Assembly (NCBI GenBank): GCA_965248925.1
Contig: CBDFLE010000005.1
Span: 1,600,001-1,664,000 of the forward strand
Direction of reading: 5' to 3'
From: Candidatus Multivoradales bacterium
GTDB taxonomy: Bacteria > Acidobacteriota > Thermoanaerobaculia > Multivoradales > J023
Length of the DNA: 64,000 bases
The notes beneath the pieces were generated by a model. It ran no database searches and had not been told where the DNA came from. It saw only the letters and a program-made list of their open reading frames with translations. Shown here piece by piece: positions 9,131 to 19,528 of this stretch (within the stretch, counting starts at the first letter, position 1; every line of letters starts with the position of its first letter). Position numbers and translations under genes: made by a program.

Positions 9131-10209
9131 CAGCTAACGCCTCCGGAATCCACCGGCGTTTCGACTAGGGAACTTTCGAGGGTGCCATGAATCAGGCCAG
9201 GCCGCCGCTCGAGCCTCCAGATCGTCAGCCCGGCGCTGAACAACGCGACACCCAGTACCCAGCGGGTCGCCCCGCCGCCGCTGCGCCCCAACACCACGCC
9301 GGCCACCGCCGCCATTGCCGCCACCGCGTAGAGCAATCGGGCGGCGCCGGCAACCGGCCAACCAAGGCGCAGTATGCGGTGCGCCAAGTGGTCGGTGCCC
9401 GAGTGGGTCATAGGATTGAGCCCACGACGCAAGCGCGACACCACAACCAAGGTGGTATCGAAGAGGGGCACGGCCAGCACCACCAACGGTGCTAGCCAAC
9501 TCGTGTCGCCGCCGCCGCCGCCGGCCCGCTGTGCTTCGATCGCCAACACCGCCAGCAAGAGACCGATCAGCAAACTTCCCGAATCGCCCATGAAGAGCCG
9601 AGCCGGTGAGAAGTTTAAACACAAGAATCCAAGACAAGCGCCGCACAGAACCAAGGAGAGGGCTGACGGTAAGCCCGCCGGCAGGAGCAGGAAAAGGCCG
9701 CAAGCAGCGATCGCGGCCACCCCGGCGGCTACTCCGTCCATGTTGTCGAGCAGATTCAGCGCGTTGGTCACTCCGACCATCCACAAGCCTGACAAAGCCA
9801 GATCGGCCCAACCGGGCAAGCCGGTGTTGATCACCGCTCCGGCCACGAGCGCCATCCCTACCACTGCCCCTTGAGCCAGCAGCTTGCCCACCACCGGCAA
9901 ACGCCGGAAGTCATCCCACAAACCGACTGCAAAGACCAGCAAAGCAGCGGCTAGCAGCCCCAAGGGCTGCACCACTCCAGCCTTGGCTTCGCCAAAACTC
10001 GGTGCCAGGGCCAAAGCAATAGCCGCCAGCATCGCCGCGCCGCCGAGCAACGGAGTCGGCTGACGATGCAACTTGCCCTGAGCAGGTCGGTCGAGGAGGC
10101 CAATCCGGCCTGCTAAGCGCGCCGCAACCAACGATCCACAGACCGCGAAGCCAAAGGAGGCACCGAGCAGCCAGAGCAGCCGTGGCAAGGCAAGTAGGGG
10201 AGCTTCCAT
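9130..10209 (-). CDS. WecA/MraY-like undecaprenyl-phosphate sugar-1-phosphate transferase
   Basis: Multi-TM; GLWDD, NALNLLDNMDG, FMGDSGS, DHLAH; start placed at ATG 10209. Confidence 0.88.
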   Translation of the reverse strand: MEAPLLALPRLLWLLGASFGFAVCGSLVAARLAGRIGLLDRPAQGKLHRQPTPLLGGAAMLAAIALALAPSFGEAKAGVVQPLGLLAAALLVFAVGLWDDFRRLPVVGKLLAQGAVVGMALVAGAVINTGLPGWADLALSGLWMVGVTNALNLLDNMDGVAAGVAAIAACGLFLLLPAGLPSALSLVLCGACLGFLCLNFSPARLFMGDSGSLLIGLLLAVLAIEAQRAGGGGGDTSWLAPLVVLAVPLFDTTLVVVSRLRRGLNPMTHSGTDHLAHRILRLGWPVAGAARLLYAVAAMAAVAGVVLGRSGGGATRWVLGVALFSAGLTIWRLERRPGLIHGTLESSLVETPVDSGGVS

Positions 10210-10343
10210 ATCGGCCTGGATCTTAAAACATCTGCCGCCATCGCTCGGCGAAAAATCCCAGGACAGTCGAGGAAAACCCGCCAGAAGACGGCGCCAGTAG
10301 ACGGCGCCAGCCGCCACTAGCCGCTAGCCGCCCGACCAGCGAT

Positions 10344-10372
10344 TGGACAGCCCAGCCCATCGCCCGTAGAAT
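10344..10372 (+). promoter_or_regulatory. Sigma70-type promoter for NTase-radical SAM operon
   Basis: TGGACA-N17-TAGAAT. Confidence 0.5.
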
Positions 10373-10463
10373 CCACTGAGTTTGTTCTCTGCCCCCAGCG
10401 GCCACATCAGGAGGCCGCGTCTTCTACCACGGCTCACCGGCAACCACTGCTTTGGGAGACTCT

Positions 10464-11522
10464 ATGGAGCCCCTGGCTTCCACCGCTACAGCCATGCTTC
10501 CGGAGATCGTCGGGGGTCAACTGCGGCGGGCCGTGCTGCTGACCTTGCTCTACAGCGACCTGTTCGACTTTCCCTTGGACGAGGCAGAGCTCTACCGCTT
10601 CCTGGTAGCACCGTGCGACAGCCCGGAACAGCTTCGCCACGCTTTGGCAGAACTCGAGGCCGAAGATCGGGTCAGCCGGGTGGATAGCTGGTGGTTCCTG
10701 GCCGGCAGTGAGGCCAACATAGAACTGCGCCAGCAACGCCAACAGCTGGCGGCGCGGCGCTGGCCACCGGCGCGGCGCTTCGGCCGCTGGTTGAGCTGGG
10801 TACCCTTCCTGCGCATGGTCGGAGTCTGCGGCTCGCAAGCGGTGGAGAACGGCGGCGCTGACGGTGATGTCGATCTGGTGTTGATCACCGCTCCGCGGCG
10901 CTTGTGGATCGCCCAGGCGACGGTGATGCTGCTGCGCCGCCTTGGCGGCCTATTAGGTATTGAGATCTGCCCTAATTTTCTGCTGAGCGCCGACCAGCTG
11001 GTGCTCCAAAACCGCAATCTCTATGTCGCCCGCGAAGTAGCCCAAGTAGTGCCCTTGTGGGGTGAGGACGCCTACCAAGACTTCCTCGCCGCCAATCGCT
11101 GGATCCACACTTTCCTGCCCCAAATCGCCAACGGCGACCGACAACGTTTTCTCGAGCCGCGGCCTCAACACCTGGCCACTCGATGGGTCGAGAAGCTGCT
11201 CGGCGGCAGGCTGGGGACACTGCTCGATGGCGCCATCCATCGCCTCTCGCTGACCTACTACGCACTCCGCTTGCGCCGTCACGGCTGGAGCAGGCAAGAG
11301 ATCGAGCAAGCCTACCGGCCCGAGCGTCAAACCGTGATGCGCGGCGGCTTTCTCGGCGCGGTACGGCGCCGTTTCCTCGACCGCGCCGCCGAGCTGCTGG
11401 ACGATGAGGACGTCTTGCCAGAAGCGACGGCGTTGTTCGAGAGCGGCGCTCTGGACGACGCCGACCCGCTCTATGCCAACCTCTTCACCAGCCGCTACGG
11501 CAGCGCGGATCCGCCGCGATGA
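10464..11522 (+). CDS. Uncharacterized Pol-beta-superfamily nucleotidyltransferase-like protein
   Basis: VCGSQA..DGDVDL (GS..DxD); N-terminal YSDLFDFPL block; overlaps next gene (ATGA). Confidence 0.65.
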   Translation: MEPLASTATAMLPEIVGGQLRRAVLLTLLYSDLFDFPLDEAELYRFLVAPCDSPEQLRHALAELEAEDRVSRVDSWWFLAGSEANIELRQQRQQLAARRWPPARRFGRWLSWVPFLRMVGVCGSQAVENGGADGDVDLVLITAPRRLWIAQATVMLLRRLGGLLGIEICPNFLLSADQLVLQNRNLYVAREVAQVVPLWGEDAYQDFLAANRWIHTFLPQIANGDRQRFLEPRPQHLATRWVEKLLGGRLGTLLDGAIHRLSLTYYALRLRRHGWSRQEIEQAYRPERQTVMRGGFLGAVRRRFLDRAAELLDDEDVLPEATALFESGALDDADPLYANLFTSRYGSADPPR

Positions 11523-13069
11523 GTGGTGTCCTCTTCGGCCATTCTTACTTCCTGCGCTTTGATCCCAAGCTGTGGCAGGCGATGCAGCCGTACCCGCCCC
11601 TGGGCACCCTGTTTGCCGCCGCTTACTTGCGCCAACGGGGCTTCGAAGTGGCCCTCTTCGATGCCATGCTGGCCGCATCAGAAGAGGAATTCGCCAGCGC
11701 CCTCGACCGACATCAGCCCGACTATGCCGTGCTCTACGAAGACAACTTCAACTACCTGTCGAAGATGTGTCTGCTGCGGATGCGCGAGGCGGCCTGGCGG
11801 ATGATCGACCTCGCTAGACAGCGGGGAGCGACGGTGATCGTCTGTGGTGCCGATGCTACCGATCACAGCGCTGAATACCTCGAACGCGGCGCCCATTTCG
11901 TGCTCAACGGCGAAGGCGAGGCCACTCTCGCCGAGTTGCTCGAACGACTGCAAGCGGGAGGAGAGCGCTTCGACGACATCCTCGGTCTCACTGCAGCAGC
12001 AGAGTTCGCCGGCACCGATGAGCCCCTGCGCACCCCGCCGCGGCCGGTGCTGCGCGATCTCGACGCTCTGCCTTTTCCAGCTTGGGACCTGGTGGACATG
12101 GAGCACTATCGCCGCTTGTGGCGCCAGCGCCACGGCTACTTCTCGATAAATATGGTCACCACTCGCGGCTGCCCCTTTCATTGCAACTGGTGCGCCAAAC
12201 CGATCTGGGGACAGACCTATCACCAGCGCAGCCCAGCCCTGGTCGCCGCCGAGCTGAGCGAACTTCAACAGCGCTATCAACCCGACCACATTTGGTTTTG
12301 CGACGACATTCTCGGGCTGAAGAAAGGGTGGTTGGAGGATTTCGCCGCTGAAGTCGAGCGGCGCGGCGTGCGCACGCCGTTCAAATGCCTGAGCCGCGCC
12401 GATCTGCTGCTACGCCCGGGCGAGATCGAAGCGTTGGCCAAGGCCGGCTGCCGGGTGGTGTGGATCGGCGCCGAGTCCGGCTCCCAAAGAGTGCTCGACG
12501 CCATGGACAAAGGGACCAAAGTAGAGCAGATCCACCGCGCCGCCGAACTCTTGCACCAGGCTGGGGTGAAGGTCGGCTTCTTTCTCCAATTCGGCTACCC
12601 CGGCGAAAGCCGCGAAGAGATCGAACTCACCCGAACTCTGGTGCGCGACTGCCAGCCCGACGAGATTGGCATGTCGGTGTCCTATCCCCTACCCGGCACA
12701 AAGTTCTACGATTTGGTCAAGCAAGAACTCGGCGAGAAGCGCAACTGGGTCGATTCCAACGATTTCGACATGATGTACCGTGGTCCCTTCACCACCGCCT
12801 TCTACCGTCAACTCTACAAAGTGGTGAACAAAGAGTTTCGCGCCCAGCTGGCCGCCAACGCTCTCAGGCGCCTGGGGCATCACCCCACCGATCTCCGTCT
12901 CGGCCATTTGCGCCGCGCCGCCGCCTTGCTCTATCACCGGCTCACCCTGCCCGGCGAGCGCCGCAAGCTCAACCGCCGCGAAAAAGACCAGCATCAGGGG
13001 CTAGGCCCATTGAGCACCGGCATGAGCCACGAGGAAGCCTCCCGACCGACATCGCAAGCCAGCAGCTAG
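11519..13069 (+). CDS. Cobalamin-binding radical SAM protein 1
   Basis: YPPLG B12-binding N-domain; RGCPFHCNWC; IGAESGS; YPLPGT. Confidence 0.92.
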   Translation: MSGVLFGHSYFLRFDPKLWQAMQPYPPLGTLFAAAYLRQRGFEVALFDAMLAASEEEFASALDRHQPDYAVLYEDNFNYLSKMCLLRMREAAWRMIDLARQRGATVIVCGADATDHSAEYLERGAHFVLNGEGEATLAELLERLQAGGERFDDILGLTAAAEFAGTDEPLRTPPRPVLRDLDALPFPAWDLVDMEHYRRLWRQRHGYFSINMVTTRGCPFHCNWCAKPIWGQTYHQRSPALVAAELSELQQRYQPDHIWFCDDILGLKKGWLEDFAAEVERRGVRTPFKCLSRADLLLRPGEIEALAKAGCRVVWIGAESGSQRVLDAMDKGTKVEQIHRAAELLHQAGVKVGFFLQFGYPGESREEIELTRTLVRDCQPDEIGMSVSYPLPGTKFYDLVKQELGEKRNWVDSNDFDMMYRGPFTTAFYRQLYKVVNKEFRAQLAANALRRLGHHPTDLRLGHLRRAAALLYHRLTLPGERRKLNRREKDQHQGLGPLSTGMSHEEASRPTSQASS

Positions 13070-13091
13070 GCGCCGCGCTGGTCAACATCTA

Positions 13092-13404
13092 GAACAGAGC
13101 TGGGAGGAGAGTCAATCTATCTCTTGCCCACCTGGGAGTTCTCCTGAACCTGTACGAGGCGGACCTCGAAGAGGCAAACTTCGAATTGACTAACCTCTTC
13201 AAGGCGGACCTCCATTGCGCGAATCTTCAAGGGGCAAACCTTCAAGGCACGCAGCTGCTAGGGGCGGACCTCGCTGGAGCAGACCTCAACGGGGCGCGCA
13301 ACCTGACGCAAGAACAAATCGCCTCAGCCCACGGCGATGAAGAGACCCTCTTCCCCGAGGGCCTAGAGCGCCCGGCGCACTGGACAAGCGACCCGAAGCC
13401 CTGA
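13092..13404 (+). pseudogene. C-terminal fragment of a pentapeptide-repeat protein
   Basis: ADL/ANL repeats and NLTQEQI..GDEETLFP..RPAHW tail; no convincing start. Confidence 0.7.
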
Positions 13405-13561
13405 ATTCGCAGCCGGGCGGATTCCGTCGCTAGCCTAGAAGGCGCAGGCCGGACGAGGCTCCCAGGAGGGGCCTCAAGAACTCTCTTCGCGGTTCCCACG
13501 TCGCTATTCTACTGCGCCTGAGGGGCTCTCGCCTCGCATCGATTGGCCAAGTCGGTGCTGC

Positions 13562-15055
13562 CTACGAAACCGGAAGCACCACATCCGTAGTCAGCAGCCA
13601 CTCGGCGATCTGGAACACCGCGGCTGTCAGGCCGGCGATCGGCACGTACTGCAAGAAGTAGGCGTGCAGTCGATAGACCCAGAAGTATTCGGCAAGCCGC
13701 GGAGAGTAGCCGCCGCGGGTCTCTGCATCTCTCAAGCCGGACACGTAGTAGGTCAGGATGCCTCGGCTGATGTTGTACAAGATCAGCGCCACCGCCAGAA
13801 GGCGCAGAATGAGGTGCTCGCCTGGCTGGTGGAGGCCGACTAAAGGACGCCAGATGGGTTGTGGGGAGCCGCAGTTCTTCCGGGCCTCAAGGCAAAGGCC
13901 GAGCTCGTTGACGGGCGTTAGCGTCCGGACGGCAATGCTAGCGAGTGCTTGATCTCGGAGGCGCAGAGTTTCCTCCTCGATGACCTGGCGGCCGCGGTCG
14001 ATGTCGAGGCCTTCCCGGTTCCATAGAGCGATGGCTTCGGCTAGGGCGCCCGGTGAGCTGGCCAGCTGCTGGAGTCGAGCCTCGCTCTGCTGTCGACGGT
14101 TGTCTGCGGCGACCTGCACCGCCGAGCTCGCTTCCTGGGCTGCGTTCACGCCCTTCCAGTACCCGGCGCGGCTGATGTGAGGTACGAGGAACAGGAGTAG
14201 GAACAGGAGGTTGAACAGGAGGGCGGGGCCGGAGTAGGCGCTGCGGACTACGGACCAGGGGTCTTGGGAGCCAGGAGCGAAGCGGGCGTTGAGGATTCTG
14301 GTGTCGTCGAGGAGCAGACTGGCTTCCTCCCTGCGATCCTTCAACTGTAACCACTTGGGCCTCCGCAGTCGCAGATCTGCCCCCGAAAGATCTGCTTGGT
14401 GCCAGATACTACCCTTCACCCATGCGCCGCTCAGGTTGGCGGTCTTCAGGCGCGCGCCGCTCAGGTTGGCCAACTCCAGGTGCGCGCCGCTCAGGTTGGC
14501 GTTCTCCAGGCGCGCGCCGCTCAGGTCGGCGTTCTCCAGGCGCGCGTCGGCCAGGATGGCACTCTCCAGACGCGCGCCGAGCAGGTTGGCGTTCTCCAGG
14601 TGCGCGCCGCTCAGGTTGGCGTTCTCCAGGCGCGCGCCGCTCAGGTCGGCGTTCTCCAGGCGCGCGTCGGCCAGGTTGGCGTTCTCCAGGTGCGCGCCGC
14701 TCAGGTTGGCTTTCTCCAGGCGCGCGCCGCTCAGGTCGGCTTTCTCCAGGCGCGCGCCGCTCAGGTTGGCTTTCTCCAGGCGCGCGTCGCTCAGGTCGGC
14801 GTTCTCCAGGTTGGCGTTCTCCAGGCGCGCACCGTGGAGGTCGGCGTTCCATCTACCACCAACCTTCAACCAAAGGCTGCCGAGCGCAAGCTCTTCCCGA
14901 GCCGAGAGGTCAAGTCTTACCAGATGCGGCCGCTCGTCCTTCGCTTCCGATCGCCAGGTGTTCCAAGCGTCGACCCCTTCGAGGAGTTTCCGCAGATGAT
15001 CGAGGTTGCCTTCGAACGTCGGGAACTCCGCCTTTAGCTGTTCATCCGTGACCAT
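13562..15055 (-). CDS. Pentapeptide-repeat protein with C-terminal TM helices
   Basis: More than 25 A(N/D)L-type pentapeptides; GGAG RBS; about 3 hydrophobic segments. Confidence 0.9.
   Translation of the reverse strand: MVTDEQLKAEFPTFEGNLDHLRKLLEGVDAWNTWRSEAKDERPHLVRLDLSAREELALGSLWLKVGGRWNADLHGARLENANLENADLSDARLEKANLSGARLEKADLSGARLEKANLSGAHLENANLADARLENADLSGARLENANLSGAHLENANLLGARLESAILADARLENADLSGARLENANLSGAHLELANLSGARLKTANLSGAWVKGSIWHQADLSGADLRLRRPKWLQLKDRREEASLLLDDTRILNARFAPGSQDPWSVVRSAYSGPALLFNLLFLLLFLVPHISRAGYWKGVNAAQEASSAVQVAADNRRQQSEARLQQLASSPGALAEAIALWNREGLDIDRGRQVIEEETLRLRDQALASIAVRTLTPVNELGLCLEARKNCGSPQPIWRPLVGLHQPGEHLILRLLAVALILYNISRGILTYYVSGLRDAETRGGYSPRLAEYFWVYRLHAYFLQYVPIAGLTAAVFQIAEWLLTTDVVLPVS
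14422..14832 (-). repeat. 30-bp coding tandem repeat array (about 13 units)
   Basis: Unit tcaggttggcgttctccaggcgcgcgccgc encoding ANLSGARLEN, with higher-order 120-bp periodicity. Confidence 0.9.
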
Positions 15056-15096
15056 TCATCCGCTCCTCTCTATGAAGTGATCTCGCCCAAGACGAG

Positions 15097-15411
15097 CTAC
15101 CGTAGCAAAGGGCTGCGCCTCTCGACCCTGAACCGAGCCATCCGGCAGCCGATTTCGAAGGCGGCAGCCAGAGTCGCTGACTTGGCGGGGCCGACGCCTG
15201 GTTGGTCCTTGAGCTGGCCGTTGGCGCTCAACAGCGATCTGAGGTCGCCATGCTCCTTGAGCAGCTCCTGCGCGACATCCAAGGCAGACTTGCCGGCACC
15301 GCCCGTTCGCAGCAGGACGGCGACTAGCTCAGCATTGGACAGCGACTCTGGCCCATGATGTAGGATGCGGCCACGCGCTTCCTCATCGCTAGGCTTCTGA
15401 GACCGGCTCAT
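15097..15411 (-). pseudogene. radC: RadC N-terminal fragment (JAB domain missing)
   Basis: GPESLSNAELVAVLLRTG..SALDVA..GVGPAKSATLAAAFEIG; stops before the JAB domain. Confidence 0.85.
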
Positions 15412-15861
15412 CGCCGTGAAGCGGCCATCAGAAGGCAGCCGACGGCGTTGCGCAGGCCATCGATCTGGGCCGCTGCGATGGCGCCGGAGAGGTCTTCATT
15501 GAAGCAGCAGGTAGCCGCGATCTTGGAGAGGTTAGATCCAGCCACAAGAGGCGAAGAGCTATGATTTGGAGCGCGGTTTGAGGGTCTTGAGGGTTCGGGT
15601 TGGTATGCTTCGGGCGGTCCTGCATCGGGGCTTTTCCGGTGTTGGATAGGCTCGATGGGCGGCTCGTAACTGCTCGCCGGGCCGGATTGGGGTGGCAGGG
15701 CCTGGTGGGGCCTGCTGACTCGACTGGTGAGAATGGCTATATGAGACTTGAATTGAATGTCAACGAATATTCTTGGAAATCAGCTGATAGATTTGCCCAC
15801 ACCTATCTGCGCCGAGACGATTTGTAACATGTAGATTCTGCGTCACGCAGAGGGATTGCCG

Positions 15862-16398
15862 ATGACACCGATCAGTCAATGGATACTAGAAAATCAGTAC
15901 TGGCTCCGAGTTATCGGACACGCCTTTGTACTACTAGGAATTGTATTGACTGGAGTCGCAGGCACACGCATACTTAGGATCTTGGAAAGCTTCGGCGAGA
16001 AGCTCTATATGCTGACACTAATCACCATTGGACTGTCGCTCCAAATCCTCCCCTTTGCGCTTGGCTGGTTGCTTTACTATATCAATGAGCGCTTTGGCAT
16101 CCTTGAGTTCTTGATTCCCAACGCCCGCCAGAATACGAGCGCGATGTCTCGCGGTGAAGCGATATGGGAGCTGATGCGCTGGGCACCATTCTTTCTCATC
16201 TGCCTATACTTGACTGGAGGAATCGTTTCCCTATCAAGTGAGCTGCACAAGAAGTACAGAAAATTGCTCGCCCCCTTCACCAACAAGATCGAACGCATCA
16301 AGGCGACTGTGGCGGCCGACAGATTCCTACATGGGAGCGGTGTTGCATTTGCCGCAGCTGGCGTTTTGATGCATCTGGCAGTGGACGCGAATCAGTAG
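15862..16398 (+). CDS. Hypothetical 4-TM membrane protein, low GC
   Basis: Four hydrophobic segments; more AT-rich than flanks. Confidence 0.6.
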   Translation: MTPISQWILENQYWLRVIGHAFVLLGIVLTGVAGTRILRILESFGEKLYMLTLITIGLSLQILPFALGWLLYYINERFGILEFLIPNARQNTSAMSRGEAIWELMRWAPFFLICLYLTGGIVSLSSELHKKYRKLLAPFTNKIERIKATVAADRFLHGSGVAFAAAGVLMHLAVDANQ

Positions 16399-16409
16399 AG
16401 CACAGTGCT

Positions 16410-16852
16410 ACCCTTTCGTTCGGCAACACGGCGACGACGCCTGGCTGATCTCGGAAGGTGCAGCAGCACCGCTGTCTCGTAAGGACTGATCCAGAATGCC
16501 GATCGCGTCGCCGTCTTGATCCACGGCTCGCCATAGGTAGTGCTACTGGCCTTGGATCTTTACGAACATCTCGTCAAGATACCAGAAGTCGCCGAGCTGG
16601 CTCTGCTTCCACTTCAGCCGGCGGGCGTACTCACCGCCAAACTTCCCACTCCACTGGCGAATCGTCTCGCAGGATACAATCACCCCGCGTTCAGCGAGCA
16701 GATCTTCGACGTCGCGAAAGCTCAAGCAGAAGCGGTAGTAGAGCAATACGGCGTGGTTGATGATCTCGGGCGGGAAGCGGTAGACGCGGTAGCTTAGAGC
16801 GAGATTGTTTGAGGGACTACTTTACCATGCTCGGGCTCAATCTGACAGTCCC
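16410..16852 (-). mobile_element. IS6-family transposase relic
   Basis: RFPPEIINHAV..YYRFCLSFRDVEDLLAERG..WYLDEMFVKI; internal stop; GGGACTGTCA end near 16852. Confidence 0.85.
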
Positions 16853-16993
16853 CTCGGCAGCACCACTGCCCGGCTCATTGCTGATCTTGTCTGGGAGGGG
16901 CAGTTGTTAGATTCCAGCAAACGACACACGACAGGCCCTGCACGCCCTCAGCCAAGAACCTTGAAGTAACACACGTAAAGAGGTTTCACAGAA

Positions 16994-17734
16994 GTGAATA
17001 CTACGACGGCCCTGGATAAACTCGAAATACTCCTCGAAGAGGCCCACCGAACGAGCCTCGCCATTCGTTTCGACAAGAACAAGCTCCTTCATAGATCCTT
17101 GATGGCGCTCAACGGAACAGTCCTAGAGCTATCGGGAGGTTGCAGCACGCTCCTAAGGAGCGGTGACGCGACTTGTACACCTGTTGTTCTTCGAAGCTTG
17201 CTCGAAGCTTATGTCGACGTGGTGAACTTGAGTAGTTCCGAAGATTATTTGCACAAGATGTCCGCCGCGCATCTGACGCAGTCGCTCAGATTGGCGGCCA
17301 ACGCTAACGAGGCCAAAGAGAATCCCTACTTAGAAGACCTCGCCGGCCGCGACACACTTAAAACTGATATCGCAGCAATGAAGAATAGCTTGTCGAAGCT
17401 GAAACAGCAGGGGTTTAGTAGCTTGAGCATTTATCAGAGATTTCGATTAGCTGACGAAGTCGAGAGATACGTCAGCGTATACGCTCACTTATGCATGCAT
17501 TCTCACAGCAATCTTAACGCACTTGAGCAACGGCACATAGCCAAGTGCGACGACGACTTCCAGATTGTCTATTGCCGACCGACTACAGAAGACGAGTCCG
17601 CAAGGTACATCGACACGGTCGCCGGTATCGTTGCGAACTCGGTCCTTTTCGTCAAGGAACGTATCGAGGGAGTACGTCCTAGCACAACGCGAATTGAGAC
17701 CGCCCTGGCGAGCCTGAGGAGACTCTATGAATGA
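16994..17734 (+). CDS. DUF5677-like (HEPN-like) protein, low GC
   Basis: LRSLLEA and YAHLCMHSHSN motifs. Confidence 0.6.
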   Translation: MNTTTALDKLEILLEEAHRTSLAIRFDKNKLLHRSLMALNGTVLELSGGCSTLLRSGDATCTPVVLRSLLEAYVDVVNLSSSEDYLHKMSAAHLTQSLRLAANANEAKENPYLEDLAGRDTLKTDIAAMKNSLSKLKQQGFSSLSIYQRFRLADEVERYVSVYAHLCMHSHSNLNALEQRHIAKCDDDFQIVYCRPTTEDESARYIDTVAGIVANSVLFVKERIEGVRPSTTRIETALASLRRLYE

Positions 17735-18152
17735 ACACCGACGCAAAGAACGCCGGGCCCCTCACCTGCCGCATGAAGGTAGGGTTACCGAGGGGGATCA
17801 GGCCTCCGCCTACAGCTCCCTCTAAGTCTCCTCCTCTTCCTCCGGCAGCTCCACCCCCCGCCACTCCCACCTCTTCCCCATCACCAGCTCAAACACCCGA
17901 GAAAACGCCCCCAGCTGCGCCAGTCCCTCCTGACTCAAGAACTCCTGACCTACCTCCTTCCGGAAATGTCCGGTTGAGCCTCTCCAGAGCTTCCCGGAGG
18001 CCCTGGAAAGGCCAGGCTCTGGGGTGGTTCTGGCTAGATCGCAAACCGCATCCGAAGCTTGGTGCTTAGCGGGGCCGAGCCTCTCACCCCATCCACTGCC
18101 CAAGCGCTTCCCAAGCCTTCACCGCGCTCTTCACAATCCGCCCCGCCTCCCG

Positions 18153-18192
18153 GGTGGTGTCCTAAGGCTGTGTTGGTCCGATAGGGGCGGGT
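18153..18192 (+). repeat. Inverted repeat copy A (pairs with 19529-19568)
   Basis: ggtggtgtcctaaggctgtgttggtccgataggggcgggt; 36/40 identical to reverse complement of copy B. Confidence 0.85.
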
Positions 18193-18278
18193 CACGGCCT
18201 GGCGGGCGGGTTGTACGTTCGCCGCGAAGCCGAGGCGGTGAACGTCGCCAGAGCCTAGCCACGCAGAGGACAGACCCT

Positions 18279-18572
18279 ATGCGCGACCAACGCAAGTGCA
18301 CCGTCTGGGATGTGCAGAGAGAGCTAGCGGGCCTAGCCACCAGCCTAGAATCCGTTGACCTCCGTCTCGGCAAGATCGTCAAGGCGATCCAGCCATCCCC
18401 GCATCTCCTGCCCGCAGAGCTCCATGGGCGCGCGGATGCTGTGCGCGTCGATCTGATCGGCGATGCCGTTGGCACGCTCAAGGAGCCTTCCCAGCTCACC
18501 GAGGACGACGCGCTACGCCACCGGGTGCAGCTGCTCGACCTGGCCTTGAGGCTGGCCGATGCCGAAGGCTGA
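18279..18572 (+). CDS. Small helical hypothetical protein
   Basis: GAGGA RBS then ATG 18279; hairpin in leader (acgttcgccgc..gcggtgaacgt). Confidence 0.55.
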   Translation: MRDQRKCTVWDVQRELAGLATSLESVDLRLGKIVKAIQPSPHLLPAELHGRADAVRVDLIGDAVGTLKEPSQLTEDDALRHRVQLLDLALRLADAEG

Positions 18573-18594
18573 GCTACAGCCGAGGGAGCGGCTG

Positions 18595-19416
18595 CTACGC
18601 CATGGCGCGGCCGGTCTGACGGATGCTGAGTTGCTTAGTGCCTATCAGGCAAGCGCAGCCAATACGTACTTGAGAGCCTGAACCAGCCGCTCGCCAACCA
18701 AGAAGATGGCGAGCATTCCCCCCGATGATCGTACAAGCGGCGGTCACCTCCTGGAGTAGCCGGCGGCTCAGCCTCTTGCTCAGGTATTGGAGCCGGGGAT
18801 GACCGTGCTCCTCAACCCACGAGATCTCCGAGAACTCCTGAACACGGGCTGGACAGCTCACCCGGTAGAGGGTGCTGCCGGCAACCAACAAAAGGGAGTC
18901 GAGCTAGATCAACATCATCCGCCTGGGGATTGGGATCGGGTACGTCATGCCTTCGAAGACCGGCGAGCCAGCGGCGGCCGCGCTGTTCAAGAAGCCCAGG
19001 ACATTGACCACCAGGATTGAAATCGTCAGCGCTGACCAGGAAACGCTGAAGAGCGGGAAGCGGCCGATGAAGCGGAGGATCGACCAGTTGAGCACTCGAT
19101 CCCGCATCGGGTACTTGAGTCGATCCGTACCGTCGTGCATGACGTTGTGGTTAGCATCGAACCGAATGGCGTCCAGGTTGGTTCTGCCGAGCAGAGCACC
19201 GTCCCACCGCGAGGCGTTGAGGCTCGCGCGCTGGAGTTTGGCTCTGCGGAGGTCGGCGTCATGGAAGTCAATCCCACGGAAGTTGACGTGACTGAAGCCG
19301 TTCCGGAAATCGACTCCGCTGAGGTCTGGCCGTTCTTTCGGAATGCCTTCCCTCCAGGCGCTCCATTGTGCATGGCCTAGCTCCGTCAGGATCTTCAGAT
19401 GCTCTTCGTTTGCCAT
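18595..19416 (-). pseudogene. Pentapeptide-repeat/TM protein with in-frame amber stop
   Basis: ORFs 19416-18904 and 18891-18595 are in frame, separated by one TAG; N-terminus resembles 13562-15055. Confidence 0.7.
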
Positions 19417-19528
19417 CGCTGAATGCTGCCTCCTTCAGAACCGCCTATAGACCTACTCTCGATCCGCCCCCTCCCACCACCACCCCGCAGGGATCCCGGT
19501 CAGCGTCTCGACCGCGCGCCTGCCTCGC

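Noticed and set aside
14422-14832. CRISPR array
   Set aside because: Contiguous 30-bp units without unique spacers; they encode pentapeptide repeats; no cas genes
14289-15051. Plus-strand repetitive ORFs (14289, 14396, 14422)
   Set aside because: Shadow frames of the pentapeptide repeat gene
17731-18103. Pro-rich ORF 17731-18069 and antisense 17822-18103
   Set aside because: Low-complexity C-rich DNA without RBS or recognizable motifs; at most a gene remnant
18153-18184. dif/Xer site
   Set aside because: Lacks the conserved XerD arm TTATGTTAAAT
18904-18906. Pyrrolysine or recoded TAG
   Set aside because: TAG is a normal stop in many genes here; no pyl genes visible
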